The notes under the pieces: model-generated
The model's input: the letters and a program-made list of their open reading frames with translations, nothing else
The model's database searches: none
What the model was told of the DNA's origin: nothing
In this document: in pieces, positions 29,260 to 38,990 of the stretch
Layout: each line of letters starts with the position of its first letter
How positions within the stretch are numbered: position 1 is the stretch's first letter
Source: Acidobacteriota bacterium
Lineage (GTDB): Bacteria; Acidobacteriota; UBA6911; RPQK01; JADFOI01
Direction of reading: 5' to 3'
DNA length: 64,000 bases
Assembly (NCBI GenBank): GCA_963663035.1
Contig: OY760074.1
Location: 2,976,001 to 3,040,000, forward strand
Program-made: the position numbers and the translations under genes

Positions 29260-30576
29260 CTATTTTGTTTCCTCACTTGATTCTACTGCCGAAGGGGCTT
29301 CAGGCTCGGAGTCGGAATCGATCAATGCTCGAGCTGCCTCAAGGAGCTGTTCAGCCGACTTGCGGCCGATCCGAGGAATTACTGTTAAATCCTCAACCGA
29401 CTTTGAGATCAGATCCTGCACCGACTCGATTCCTGCTTCCCGCAGTCGACTCTGAGTCTTCTCCCCCACGCCATCCAACCTGGACAGGGGCTCAGCATCC
29501 GAAGGGACACCAAGGTCTTCCAACTGGCCGAGAATTTCCTGCTTCTTTTCTTCAGCTCCCTTGATATTGATCTCCCAGCCCAGCAACTTCGAAGCAAGAC
29601 GTACGTTTTGACCTTTTCTCCCGATAGCCAGAGACAGTTGATCTTCTGGAACGACCACTTCCAAGACCCTTCTAGAGGGATCAGCAATCAAGATTTTGGA
29701 GATCTTCGCTGGATTCAGAGCATTGGTCGTGTAGTCAACAATATCGTCTGAAAACTGAATGATATCTATCCTCTCGCCACGCAGTTCGCGGATGACAGCA
29801 TTGATTCGGCTTCCCTTCATCCCGACACAAGCCCCCACGGGATCGACCGCATCATCGCGACTCGATACAGCCACTTTGGCGCGTTCACCGCCTTCCCGTA
29901 CTGCGTTTTTGATCACCACTGTGCCGTCATAGACTTCAGGAATTTCCATTTCGAACAGACGGATCAATAGGCTTGGATCACTTCTTGACACAACGATTTG
30001 AGGACCCCTTGAGAGCCGATGGACTGTGATAATGACAGCCCGAAGTCTGTCTCCTGGCTTATATTGCTCATCTTGACATTGTTCACTGAAAGGGAGAACA
30101 GCTTCCGTCCTTCCGATGTCAAGGACCACCTCTCGGCCTTCGGTCCGGCGAACAATGGCATTGACTAACTGACCAATCTGCTCGGAAAACTCGCCGAAGA
30201 TAATTTCTCGTTCGGCCTCACGCACTTTTTGAAGGATCACTTGTTTCGCCGTCTGGGCGGCGATTCGGCCGAGGTCGACAGTCGGCTTCGGAATCTCGAT
30301 GTAGTCATCCAGCTCAAAAGTCTCATCGACGGTCAGTGCCTCCTTCAGCGACATTTCAGTCATCTCATCGTCCACTTCTTCGACGACCTTCTTTACAGCG
30401 AATAATTCTATTGTTCCTGTTTCCGGGTCGTAACGAGCCTGCAAATTTTCATCGGTCTTGAAGTATTTGTTCGCGGCTGCCACCATCGCATCTTCCAGGG
30501 CTTCGTGAATAATCTCCGGATCGATGCTCTTCTCCCGACTAATCTGTTCAATACTCTGGCTCAGAAGATTTGTCAT
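29260..30576 (-). CDS. nusA: Transcription factor NusA
   Basis: GRIAAQTAKQV, DPVGACVGMKG, SLAIGRKGQNVRLAS, C-terminal HhH. Confidence 0.97.
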   Translation of the reverse strand: MTNLLSQSIEQISREKSIDPEIIHEALEDAMVAAANKYFKTDENLQARYDPETGTIELFAVKKVVEEVDDEMTEMSLKEALTVDETFELDDYIEIPKPTVDLGRIAAQTAKQVILQKVREAEREIIFGEFSEQIGQLVNAIVRRTEGREVVLDIGRTEAVLPFSEQCQDEQYKPGDRLRAVIITVHRLSRGPQIVVSRSDPSLLIRLFEMEIPEVYDGTVVIKNAVREGGERAKVAVSSRDDAVDPVGACVGMKGSRINAVIRELRGERIDIIQFSDDIVDYTTNALNPAKISKILIADPSRRVLEVVVPEDQLSLAIGRKGQNVRLASKLLGWEINIKGAEEKKQEILGQLEDLGVPSDAEPLSRLDGVGEKTQSRLREAGIESVQDLISKSVEDLTVIPRIGRKSAEQLLEAARALIDSDSEPEAPSAVESSEETK

Positions 30577-30608
30577 TCTTTCACTACTCCCGATTGGGAT
30601 TCCTCTAC

Positions 30609-31061
30609 CTAAAATCGGTGGACCAAATTTGCTTTCCTTATGCTGCCAAAAGGAATTTGAAACGTTCTCCCATCAAAGTCCAACTCGAGAATACCGTCTG
30701 AGAAACTCTGGATAGACCCAGTGAATTTCCTCCGGTCCTCGATTTTCTCAGTCGTAACCAAACTTATTTCCTTTCCCACAAAGCGCCTGTAATCGGTCTC
30801 CTTAAAAAGCGGACGCTCGATTCCGGGTGAAGACACCTCCAACACATAGCGCTGCGGAATCATATCCTCTTCATCCAACAACGCACTCACCTGTTTACTC
30901 ACTCTCTCACAGTCTTTGAGGTCGACTCCGCCCGACTTGTCGATATAAATCCTCAACTCAGAAGGTGATCTTTCGGGTTGATACTCGACATGCACCAGTT
31001 CAACCCCGTCCGCCTCCACCACATCTCTGAGGAAACCTTCAATGCGTGCTGCCAAATCCAT
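30609..31061 (-). CDS. rimP: Ribosome maturation factor RimP
   Basis: LRIYIDK, YVLEVSSPGIERPL; upstream of nusA. Confidence 0.96.
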   Translation of the reverse strand: MDLAARIEGFLRDVVEADGVELVHVEYQPERSPSELRIYIDKSGGVDLKDCERVSKQVSALLDEEDMIPQRYVLEVSSPGIERPLFKETDYRRFVGKEISLVTTEKIEDRRKFTGSIQSFSDGILELDFDGRTFQIPFGSIRKANLVHRF

Positions 31062-31081
31062 GAGGTCTGACCCCTAAAACT

Positions 31082-31105
31082 AAAAAAGTGGGCAAGAGCC
31101 CACTC
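31082..31105 (-). promoter_or_regulatory. rimP leader hairpin
   Basis: Minus strand GAGTGGGCtcttGCCCACTTTTTT, matching the widely conserved rimP-leader stem plus U tract. Confidence 0.8.
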
Positions 31106-31129
31106 TTCGGATAGAGCGTTTTCCGAGCA

Positions 31130-31158
31130 AGTATATGCGATATGTTGGCTTACTTCAA
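31130..31158 (-). promoter_or_regulatory. Sigma-70 promoter of the rimP-nusA-infB operon
   Basis: TTGAAG (31158-31153), 17 bp spacer, TATACT (31135-31130). Confidence 0.7.
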
Positions 31159-31163
31159 GATAA

Positions 31164-31315
31164 GTCCGCATTTCTCACACCCGCTCTACTGCATCGGCGC
31201 AATGATCCGCCCTGACTGCGTTGCGCGACCCGCACGGAGCGCGGGTACCCCTCGCGCGCCTTGTCAGGCCGGCCCTTTCGCCGCTTCGCAACGACCTGGT
31301 GTGAGAAATGCGGGC
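31164..31315 (-). mobile_element. Structured repeat family A, copy A3 (152 bp)
   Basis: IR gtccgcatttctcacacc / ggtgtgagaaatgcgggc; flanks TAA and TGA; 5 bp from the rimP -35. Confidence 0.93.
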
Positions 31316-31331
31316 TGAAGGCCAGACATCC

Positions 31332-32702
31332 TCAGCGGGAAGGCTCTACTGCACCGATCTTGTCCAGTTCGGATTGAAGATGCTGGGAAGGTCCTGCTAC
31401 AACCAGAACAAAGTTGTCGAGAGCCACATATTTTTGGACAGCCTCTTGAAAATCGTCACGTGTCAGTCGGTCCAGGCGCAACCCATAGTTTGTGAGAAAG
31501 TTTATACCGACCTCATAGAGACTGGTTTCCAGAAGACGATAAAGTCCAGCCAGGGGCTCCCGCAGAGAATCAATCATCTCCAGGTATGCCAATTGCTTTG
31601 CCTCCTCGAACTTCTGGCTATCGATGTGGCCATCATGGAGATCCTGCGCGAAACTCTCAAACCTGTGGAAATAGGCAATGAGTTCTTCTGGCGGCGCCTG
31701 AATGCTCAGCTGCAGGTAGCCTGGCATTCGGCGGCTCTCAAGCTCAGAGGAAGCCTGAATCTGCCTTTGTGAAGCGATCTGGCTTGCCCAGGAGGGTAAA
31801 GACAGGGTCAGGTACTGTTGGAAAACCTTCAAAGCGTAATAGTCGGCAGAACTCCTTTCAACACTGAGATTTCCCCATCGAAACAAGCTGTCCGCAGAGG
31901 CCTGATCAAGAAATTGTACTCGCCGCCCATTCGGTGGAAGGGCCTTCCTGAAAGTGAAAGGCAAGGGATCGTTCTTGATCCAGCTTCCCCAGTGACGACT
32001 CAAGGCTGCGACGGTCCCATCGGGATCCCCGGGGGAAAAGAAAGCTAATTGGCTCTGGTTGGGCAGAAAAAGTTTGCGGTATTGAGTCTTTACGTCAGCG
32101 AGAGACAAGTTTTTCAGTGTCTCAGTCGTGCCCTTTACAGAATGTGCATACGGGTTGGCTTGGAAGAGTTCCGCTAAGAAAACGTCTTGGGTGAGGCTCT
32201 CCAGCTGGTTTGGCCTTTCTTCAAGTTCTTGAAGGACCCCGTTGCGAAGCTGCTGGAAGGTTTCTTCGCGAAATGCAGGTCGAACAACCATTTCAGCCAA
32301 AAGATTCAAGACATCCACAAGATTCTCACTTGGAGCACTCCCCACGAAGAAGATGGCGTCCCACTCCACCCGAAGGTCTAACTCTGCCTCGAGTTCTCGT
32401 AACTCGGTCTCAACCGCCAATCCATTGCTAGTCTCGCTTTGCTCCAAGATCATCCAACTCGTCAGGTAAGTGACCCCCCACTTTTCAATGGGATCAAATG
32501 CCACTCCGTTCTTGATCATCAAGACGAAGGGAACTCGCTGGTCGTTACCGGTCAAGAGCAGAATCTCCATCCCATTCAACAGCGATTGCTTATGAAACTC
32601 AGGCGGGATGATTGGGCGATAGTCCTCGGCCCTCAAGGAGTTTGGGGATATAATCACACAGGCAAGTGTGAAAAGCAGGAAAGCGGTGGCGCGTAAGGAC
32701 AT
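31332..32702 (-). CDS. Exported M16 (pitrilysin-like) peptidase homologue, non-catalytic
   Basis: Signal peptide MSLRATAFLLF, LLNGMEI, NPYAHSVKGT; no HxxEH motif. Confidence 0.8.
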   Translation of the reverse strand: MSLRATAFLLFTLACVIISPNSLRAEDYRPIIPPEFHKQSLLNGMEILLLTGNDQRVPFVLMIKNGVAFDPIEKWGVTYLTSWMILEQSETSNGLAVETELRELEAELDLRVEWDAIFFVGSAPSENLVDVLNLLAEMVVRPAFREETFQQLRNGVLQELEERPNQLESLTQDVFLAELFQANPYAHSVKGTTETLKNLSLADVKTQYRKLFLPNQSQLAFFSPGDPDGTVAALSRHWGSWIKNDPLPFTFRKALPPNGRRVQFLDQASADSLFRWGNLSVERSSADYYALKVFQQYLTLSLPSWASQIASQRQIQASSELESRRMPGYLQLSIQAPPEELIAYFHRFESFAQDLHDGHIDSQKFEEAKQLAYLEMIDSLREPLAGLYRLLETSLYEVGINFLTNYGLRLDRLTRDDFQEAVQKYVALDNFVLVVAGPSQHLQSELDKIGAVEPSR

Positions 32703-32742
32703 CTCGGGCCATTTTAGTCGAAACCAACCTGAGCCGGCAAAC

Positions 32743-34014
32743 ATGGCTTTTATCGAGGGAATTCAACGCCACCATCTCGAAAATGGCCTAACCATCCTCA
32801 TTCGCGAAGACCATACTGTTCCTATTGTCTCCACCATGGTCTGGTATCGCGCTGGATCCCGCTTTGAAAGACCCGGTATTACCGGTATTTCTCACTTCCT
32901 GGAACATATGATGTTCAAGGGCACCGGACGTTATCAAAAGGGAGAAATTGACTCCATCACAGCTTCTAACGGCGGCACCAACAATGCTTTTACATCCAAT
33001 GACTATACCGCCTACTATTTCACTTTTGCTTCTGATCGATGGTGGCCCGCCTTGGAAATCGAAGCAGATCGGATGCAAAATAATCAATTTGATCCTGACG
33101 AACTCGAGTTGGAAAGAAAAGTCATCGTTGAAGAACTAAAGATGGAGCGCGACAGCCCCTGGAGGGCTCTGCGTCAAGCAGTGGAAACGAACTCTTTTGA
33201 GAACCACCCTTACGGGTTTCCAGTGATCGGACACTATGAGGATCTTCTCTCCATCACTCGAGAACAGATGATCGAGTACTATCGTCACTTTTACGCTCCC
33301 AACAATGCCACCCTGGTCCTGGTGGGAGATTTCCATACAGAGCAAGTACTTCAACGGGTAAAGGAGCTTTTTGCAGATCTGCCCCAAGGGAAGGTACCGG
33401 AAACGACCAACATTCTGGAGCCTCCGCGAACCAGGCAAATCAGGGTGGAAGTGAAAAAACCGGCCAGCATCCCCAGGATGCTGATCGCCTTTGCTGCACC
33501 CTCAGTCCGTCAGAAGGAGCATTACGCCCTGCACATTCTCGACAGAGTGTTGTCGGGAGGAAGACTTTCGCGGCTTTATAGCAGGTTGATTGAAAAGGAA
33601 CGGTTGGCCTCAGTGGTCAATACAGAGTTCTCAGAAACCTTCGATCCTTTCCTCTTCTTCATCGGTGTTGAATCCCATAAGGAGGCGGATCTGGACAAAG
33701 TGGAAAGCGTGATCTTTGAGGAAATAGCCGCTCTCACCCAGGAGCCAATTCCGGAGGCCGAGCTGACACGGGCAAAAAAGCAGTGTCTCACCCAGCTGTT
33801 TGCCAGTTTTGAAACTACCCTGGATCAAGCGATTCAACTCGGCCTGCTGGAAACTCTGCTCCGTTACCAATATTGGAATGGCTACATCCAGCAGATCGAG
33901 CAACTGACGGCTGAGGAAGTCAGGGATCTGGCGGCAAGCTACTGGAGTCCCGAACAAGCAACTGTGGGAGTCGTGTTGAATGGAGCAACTGAGCAGCAAA
34001 AGGGTTCACTTTAA
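32743..34014 (+). CDS. M16B zinc peptidase, catalytic subunit
   Basis: GISHFLEHMMFKGT, NAFTSND, HPYGFPVIG, FYAPNNA. Confidence 0.93.
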   Translation: MAFIEGIQRHHLENGLTILIREDHTVPIVSTMVWYRAGSRFERPGITGISHFLEHMMFKGTGRYQKGEIDSITASNGGTNNAFTSNDYTAYYFTFASDRWWPALEIEADRMQNNQFDPDELELERKVIVEELKMERDSPWRALRQAVETNSFENHPYGFPVIGHYEDLLSITREQMIEYYRHFYAPNNATLVLVGDFHTEQVLQRVKELFADLPQGKVPETTNILEPPRTRQIRVEVKKPASIPRMLIAFAAPSVRQKEHYALHILDRVLSGGRLSRLYSRLIEKERLASVVNTEFSETFDPFLFFIGVESHKEADLDKVESVIFEEIAALTQEPIPEAELTRAKKQCLTQLFASFETTLDQAIQLGLLETLLRYQYWNGYIQQIEQLTAEEVRDLAASYWSPEQATVGVVLNGATEQQKGSL

Positions 34015-35287
34015 AAGGCATCAGCTGGACAACGGTCTTATCCTTCTGATTTCCGAGAACCATAAACTTCCGCTGGTTTCGATCAATGCGTTCGTTTTGG
34101 CGGGAATGGACCAGAATCCCCCAGATCGGCCCGGCATCGCCGCCCTCACGTCACGCCTACTCCCCGAAGGAACGCAGAGCTACGAAGCCCATGAAATTTA
34201 TGGAAGCATTGAGAACACCGGTGGGAACCTGACCACTTTCAGTGACCAGGACCTCAGCGGAATTTCTCTGAACACCTTTTCCCAAGAGCTGGGACTCGGC
34301 TTGGACCTGTTGCGAGAAATACTGGCTCGCCCGACCTTTCCAGAAGATCGCTTCCTCATGGAGAGGCAGAAGGTCGTGAGCCAACTCCAAGCGATGGGGG
34401 ATGATCCCCAGACCGTGGCCGCTAACCGCCTCAGACGCTTGATTTACCAGGGAAGTCCCTTACGGTATCCGGTCCTGGGAACTCAAGAGAGTGTCAGCGA
34501 CCTCGACTTCCATGAGCTCAGGCAGTTTCATCTTGAGAAATATTCTCCGCAAAATACCATTCTGGTGATTGTGGGTGCGGTTGATGAGGAGGATGTCTTG
34601 TCTCAAAGTGTGGAGCGTTTCTCAACTTGGCAAAACCCCCACTACAGTCGTTCGCAGATCTCCCCATTAGAGCGGCAAAACACTCCCATTAAGGATGAGT
34701 TTTTCATGGAGACGGAGCAGATTACGATTTTTCTGGGTCATCTTGGCGTGACTAGAGATAATCCCGACTACTACACTCTTCAGGTGATGGACACTATCCT
34801 GGGTAGTGGTCCCGGCTTCACGAGCAGGATTCCCAGGAGACTTCGAGACCAGGAAGGCCTTGCCTACAGTACTTACAGTAGCATCACCGACTCAAGTGGA
34901 ATTTATCCAGGTAGTTTTGTAGCCGTAATCAGTACCTCCCCTGAGAATCGCCAAAAGGCTCTCGATGGCCTGTCCTTTGAAATAGAGAACCTTCTCCTGA
35001 ATGGAGTTACCTCGGAAGAGCTGATTCAAGCCAAGAATTTTCTTACCGGGAGTCTCGTCTTTGAGTTCCAGTCCGATGCGGACGTTGCCCAGTTCTTATT
35101 GGAAACCGAACTCTTCAACCTGGGAGAGGATTACCCTGAGCAGTATTCACGCATCATTGGGGACATCGATTGCGAGGACGTCAACCGAGTTGCCCATAGA
35201 TATTTGGATACTGTAAACTACACCACTGTGGTTGTTGGACCATCCCAAAACGGACATGATTTGACCCATGAGCGACCGGCGTCATAA
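33980..35287 (+). CDS. M16B peptidase, non-catalytic partner subunit
   Basis: LDNGL, no HxxEH, SRIPRRLRDQEGLAY (R/Y pair). Confidence 0.88.
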   Translation: MEQLSSKRVHFKRHQLDNGLILLISENHKLPLVSINAFVLAGMDQNPPDRPGIAALTSRLLPEGTQSYEAHEIYGSIENTGGNLTTFSDQDLSGISLNTFSQELGLGLDLLREILARPTFPEDRFLMERQKVVSQLQAMGDDPQTVAANRLRRLIYQGSPLRYPVLGTQESVSDLDFHELRQFHLEKYSPQNTILVIVGAVDEEDVLSQSVERFSTWQNPHYSRSQISPLERQNTPIKDEFFMETEQITIFLGHLGVTRDNPDYYTLQVMDTILGSGPGFTSRIPRRLRDQEGLAYSTYSSITDSSGIYPGSFVAVISTSPENRQKALDGLSFEIENLLLNGVTSEELIQAKNFLTGSLVFEFQSDADVAQFLLETELFNLGEDYPEQYSRIIGDIDCEDVNRVAHRYLDTVNYTTVVVGPSQNGHDLTHERPAS

Positions 35288-35318
35288 AGGGGTCAAACAA
35301 GACACAATCAGACTTGTT

Positions 35319-36107
35319 ATGCGTCAATTGCTGGTCGCTGTGTGCCTTTTGGCTCCTTTGCTAAGCCTGAGTTGCGGGGGACGACCTCGACTTCCCCTAC
35401 CACCGCAGGAGCCTACCTCGATACCTCCGGTTTCCACAGCTCCCGGCGATCCTTCAGAGACACCAGCAGGTCCCGCCCCCGAGTTAGAGGTGATGATCGT
35501 CCCCCCCTTGATCCGGGAAGGAGAGTCGGCCATGCTCATCTGGGAGGCTCTCAATGCAGACAGGGTGATCATCACTCCCCAAATCGGTTCAGTGCCGATC
35601 TCGGGAAGGGTCAGACTCTTCCCAGATGAGACCACCAGCTACGAGGTGTCTGCAGAAGGTGCTGGCGGAAGCGTTGCAAAGACCGTCATCATTGAGGTTG
35701 CGAAGGATGAAGCAGCGCTGATTTCGGTGGAGGATTTGAGAGACAGACCCTTGGAGGAGCAGTTCGAATACTTTGTGAAACCGGTCTTCTTTCACTACGA
35801 CGCTTCGGACCTCAGCGAAGAAGCCAATCTGACGTTGGAAGGGAACGTTGGCTGGTTGACAAGACCCGAGAACCTCAGTGTTCGCCTTCTCATCGAGGGC
35901 CATTGCGACCAACGCGGTACAGAAGAATATAACCTGGCCCTGGGGGATAGGAGGGCGCAGACAGTTCTGGGCTACCTGGTCGAACACGGGGTCGACCCTT
36001 CACGTGTAATGGTCTTATCCCTAGGAGAAGAGCGCTCTTTCGATCAGCGTCAAACAGAAGAAGGCTGGGCACTCAATCGAAGAGCTCATTTCGTATTGAT
36101 TCAATAA
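35319..36107 (+). CDS. OmpA/Pal-family peptidoglycan-associated lipoprotein
   Basis: Lipobox LSLSC, Pro-rich linker, Ig-like segment, IEGHCDQRGTEEYNLALGDRRA, NRRA. Confidence 0.9.
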   Translation: MRQLLVAVCLLAPLLSLSCGGRPRLPLPPQEPTSIPPVSTAPGDPSETPAGPAPELEVMIVPPLIREGESAMLIWEALNADRVIITPQIGSVPISGRVRLFPDETTSYEVSAEGAGGSVAKTVIIEVAKDEAALISVEDLRDRPLEEQFEYFVKPVFFHYDASDLSEEANLTLEGNVGWLTRPENLSVRLLIEGHCDQRGTEEYNLALGDRRAQTVLGYLVEHGVDPSRVMVLSLGEERSFDQRQTEEGWALNRRAHFVLIQ

Positions 36108-36126
36108 GGGAGTTCCCCCCGCAGCC

Positions 36127-36648
36127 GTGTTCGAAGCCGACACAAAACCTCGATCCCCGAATTTTTGGAAAATTATCCTCGTATCGGTCGTTTTGTTTGT
36201 CAGCCTAATAGGTTTTCTGCTGTTCCTTTTGCAGCAGGGAACTCAGGAAGCGGCTCCTCTCAGCGGGATTTTTCATGGCGGGGATCCCTATTTTGAATGG
36301 TATGACAAGTACATCGAGCTGACGAATCCCCAGGTCAAAATGAGCTCGAGCTTTTCTGGCAACCGTCTTGTGCTTATTTCAGGCGTCATCGAAAATAATG
36401 GCGAGAACACTCTGGACGTGGTTGAAGTGGAGCTGACTCTCTACAATTACATTGAACCCATCGCCAAGATCACTCGAACTCCCATCCGTCCGGGGCCAGG
36501 CAGTCGCACACCCCCCCTGAGAACATTTGAGAAACGTGGGTTTACACTCTTCGTTGAAGAGATCCCCGAGGGTTGGTTGGCTCAGCACGCGGAAATCGCC
36601 ATCCATGGGTTCCGCTTCCTCGAGGACACGAATCAAACAAGGGAGTAA
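36127..36648 (+). CDS. Membrane-anchored hypothetical protein (FxLYD/DUF3426-like)
   Basis: One TM, GVIENNGENTL..VELTLYN Ig-like pattern. Confidence 0.65.
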   Translation: MFEADTKPRSPNFWKIILVSVVLFVSLIGFLLFLLQQGTQEAAPLSGIFHGGDPYFEWYDKYIELTNPQVKMSSSFSGNRLVLISGVIENNGENTLDVVEVELTLYNYIEPIAKITRTPIRPGPGSRTPPLRTFEKRGFTLFVEEIPEGWLAQHAEIAIHGFRFLEDTNQTRE

Positions 36649-37739
36649 ACAACCTCCTGGCCCAACTCTACTTCACCGGGAACGCGTTGGAACACTTTCA
36701 TCCAAACGTCCGGCCTTTCCATGCAGGCATAAACGGGAATGGTCGGATGCTTTTCTCGAATCCAACCTAGCACTCTTCGGTACATGAGCACTCGAATGGG
36801 CTTGAAGTAACGCATTTTGCCATCTTCGCTGGGCACCAACTCCCCAAGAGGCAAGGGACTGCTTGGAAAACGCTCCCGCATAATCTCCTTCAACTGCCTG
36901 GTTAAACGCAGGGAACCAATTGAGATCCAAGCCATCGAAGCGGCCGGGATTGTTTCAAAGAGCTCTTCAATCAGATCTTTATAGTCAGCTTCCCAGCTCG
37001 CATAGAAGATCATGGGATCCAGATGAAAGGCGACCGGGTATCCAGCCTGAACACAACGTTTTGCTGCCTGAAGGCGGTCCCTGATGGTGGCTGTCTTGTG
37101 CTCTTCCCTTTCCTGAATAAACTGGGGATTGATGGACCAGGAAACAACTGTCCTGCCCTCATGTTCCAAATCCAAAAGGTTTTCAACACAGTCGGACTTC
37201 GTCTTGAATTCCAGGATGGCATTTTTCTGTCCCGCGAAGAATTGGACCAACGGGATACTGTATGAGGTCAGAGGATCCAGTGCCAGGCTGTCGGCCAATT
37301 CTCCCGTACCAATCCGAAAGAAATGATGAGGATTTTCGGAGAAAGTCCTCTGCAACTCCGACAGCAGATCGTCCGAGTTGGCATAAACGGTCATAAAGGG
37401 AAAGTTCAGATGCGACTGCAGATAACAGTAGCTGCATTCCATATGGCAGTTACTGGCGAAGTTGATCACAAAGTAGTTGCAACAAACGTTTTTGATGCCT
37501 TCTTGCGCCCGGATGCCCGGACAAGCTTTGAAAAAGTGTCCTTTATGCTGCGCCAGAACCAACCATTTCTTGGTCCGGGGAATGGTTGGATTCCATCGCT
37601 GAGACTCTTCCAGCAGAGACTCCCTGGACTCGATCTTCTCTGTGGGGACCTCCGGCAGTCGCTCCAGCACATTCCGGGTGATCAGTGAATCCTCGACACA
37701 GCGTTCCACAAAAATCTTTTCTGGTTTGTACTCCTTCAT
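36633..37739 (-). CDS. Radical SAM protein, spore photoproduct lyase (SplB)-like
   Basis: NCHMECSYCYLQ CxxxCxxC, RIGTGELADSL, LEFKTKS, SWSINP, YACME. Confidence 0.88.
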   Translation of the reverse strand: MKEYKPEKIFVERCVEDSLITRNVLERLPEVPTEKIESRESLLEESQRWNPTIPRTKKWLVLAQHKGHFFKACPGIRAQEGIKNVCCNYFVINFASNCHMECSYCYLQSHLNFPFMTVYANSDDLLSELQRTFSENPHHFFRIGTGELADSLALDPLTSYSIPLVQFFAGQKNAILEFKTKSDCVENLLDLEHEGRTVVSWSINPQFIQEREEHKTATIRDRLQAAKRCVQAGYPVAFHLDPMIFYASWEADYKDLIEELFETIPAASMAWISIGSLRLTRQLKEIMRERFPSSPLPLGELVPSEDGKMRYFKPIRVLMYRRVLGWIREKHPTIPVYACMERPDVWMKVFQRVPGEVELGQEVVYSLV

Positions 37740-37754
37740 ATCGACAGCCGTAGT

Positions 37755-38762
37755 CTACAACAATTCCAAGATCTGTCTCACTTCATCGGTTTTCGCTATC
37801 TCGTCCAGTTTCCTCGCCCCTTCAAACAGTTCCTCAGTACTCTGAAAGGAGAGCAAGACATCAATTCGCTTACCCTCGAAGTAGCGGGGAGCGCGAAACT
37901 GGATTTGCGGGGGGAGTTTAAGAGCAGCTTTGAGCTTCTCATACTCCTGTTCACATGCCGAAAGCCGGGGAAATCGCAGTCGACGGAGCTTCTCAAACAC
38001 CTTGTCGAAGCCATCTGAAGAAGACAGGCGCTCATCCTGCTCAATTTCGGCTGCCCCACTTTCCTTCCAGAGCATCGATACCGAGCCCGTTGCAGGAGGC
38101 CCACCTGGAGTGGTTCCTGCCAAGGCCCGCAGTTCATCCAGCAGGTTGAACAGTTTCTTCTGCTTGTTTTTACCGAGCCGAAACTTCGAGGCGATGCTGT
38201 GGAAAAACTTCTGCTCATCAGTTTTCCACCTCGCCAGCTTCAGGACAACTTCTGGCTCCAGCGGATCGAGAATCGTACGCTGAAGTAACTCGGGCAGTCG
38301 AGCCAGATCTAGACACTGCTGGAGATGAAACCGATCTGCTGGAAGATTCAGCAGGGCCATAAAATCATCCAGCAAAGCCTGCTCGCTGAGTCCGAAGTGC
38401 TCCCGCAATCTCAAAAGGAGGTGAGCCTTCTCCAGTAAATGCAAGGGACGGGTGACACGATTGTCCTCCAGAGCCTGCACCAGGAGAGTGAGCTCATCCT
38501 CTTCCTCTCTGACAATACAGGGAATCTCTCGAATACCTAGCTTTCTGGCAGCTTCATATCTGCGGAAGCCAATAATGATTCTGAACTGTCCCAACTCTGT
38601 TCTTTGCACATGAAGAGGGGAAAGGATTCCAGTCTTCCGGACAGATCGCATGAGCTCATCAATAGGTAACCAAGGGAGAGAGATGGCATAAAACCGGTCC
38701 TGTGAGTCAATCTGGTCGGATTGAATCATTACAATTCTGTCAAGAAAGTTTTCAGTGCTCAC
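37755..38762 (-). CDS. ParB/Srx N-terminal domain protein
   Basis: DELMRSVRKTGILSPL, IIIGFRRYEAA (GxxRxxA), LEDN..RPLHLLEKA. Confidence 0.82.
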   Translation of the reverse strand: MSTENFLDRIVMIQSDQIDSQDRFYAISLPWLPIDELMRSVRKTGILSPLHVQRTELGQFRIIIGFRRYEAARKLGIREIPCIVREEEDELTLLVQALEDNRVTRPLHLLEKAHLLLRLREHFGLSEQALLDDFMALLNLPADRFHLQQCLDLARLPELLQRTILDPLEPEVVLKLARWKTDEQKFFHSIASKFRLGKNKQKKLFNLLDELRALAGTTPGGPPATGSVSMLWKESGAAEIEQDERLSSSDGFDKVFEKLRRLRFPRLSACEQEYEKLKAALKLPPQIQFRAPRYFEGKRIDVLLSFQSTEELFEGARKLDEIAKTDEVRQILELL

Positions 38763-38990
38763 TTTATGCCTCGTTTCAGCAACCTTGTCGTTGAAAAATC
38801 ATCTCATCTATTACTAACACTATCTAATTCAAAACTGCTATATGCTTATGGCTGAAATTTTATTTACCTGGATGTTTGCTCGTGCTGACAAATTATGCTA
38901 CCGTCCCACAATTCTCAGTCTTTGTATGCGCCGGGCGCATCCATTGAACGGGGCATCCAAGGAATCCTTTGAAGGAGGACAAGTACCGAA

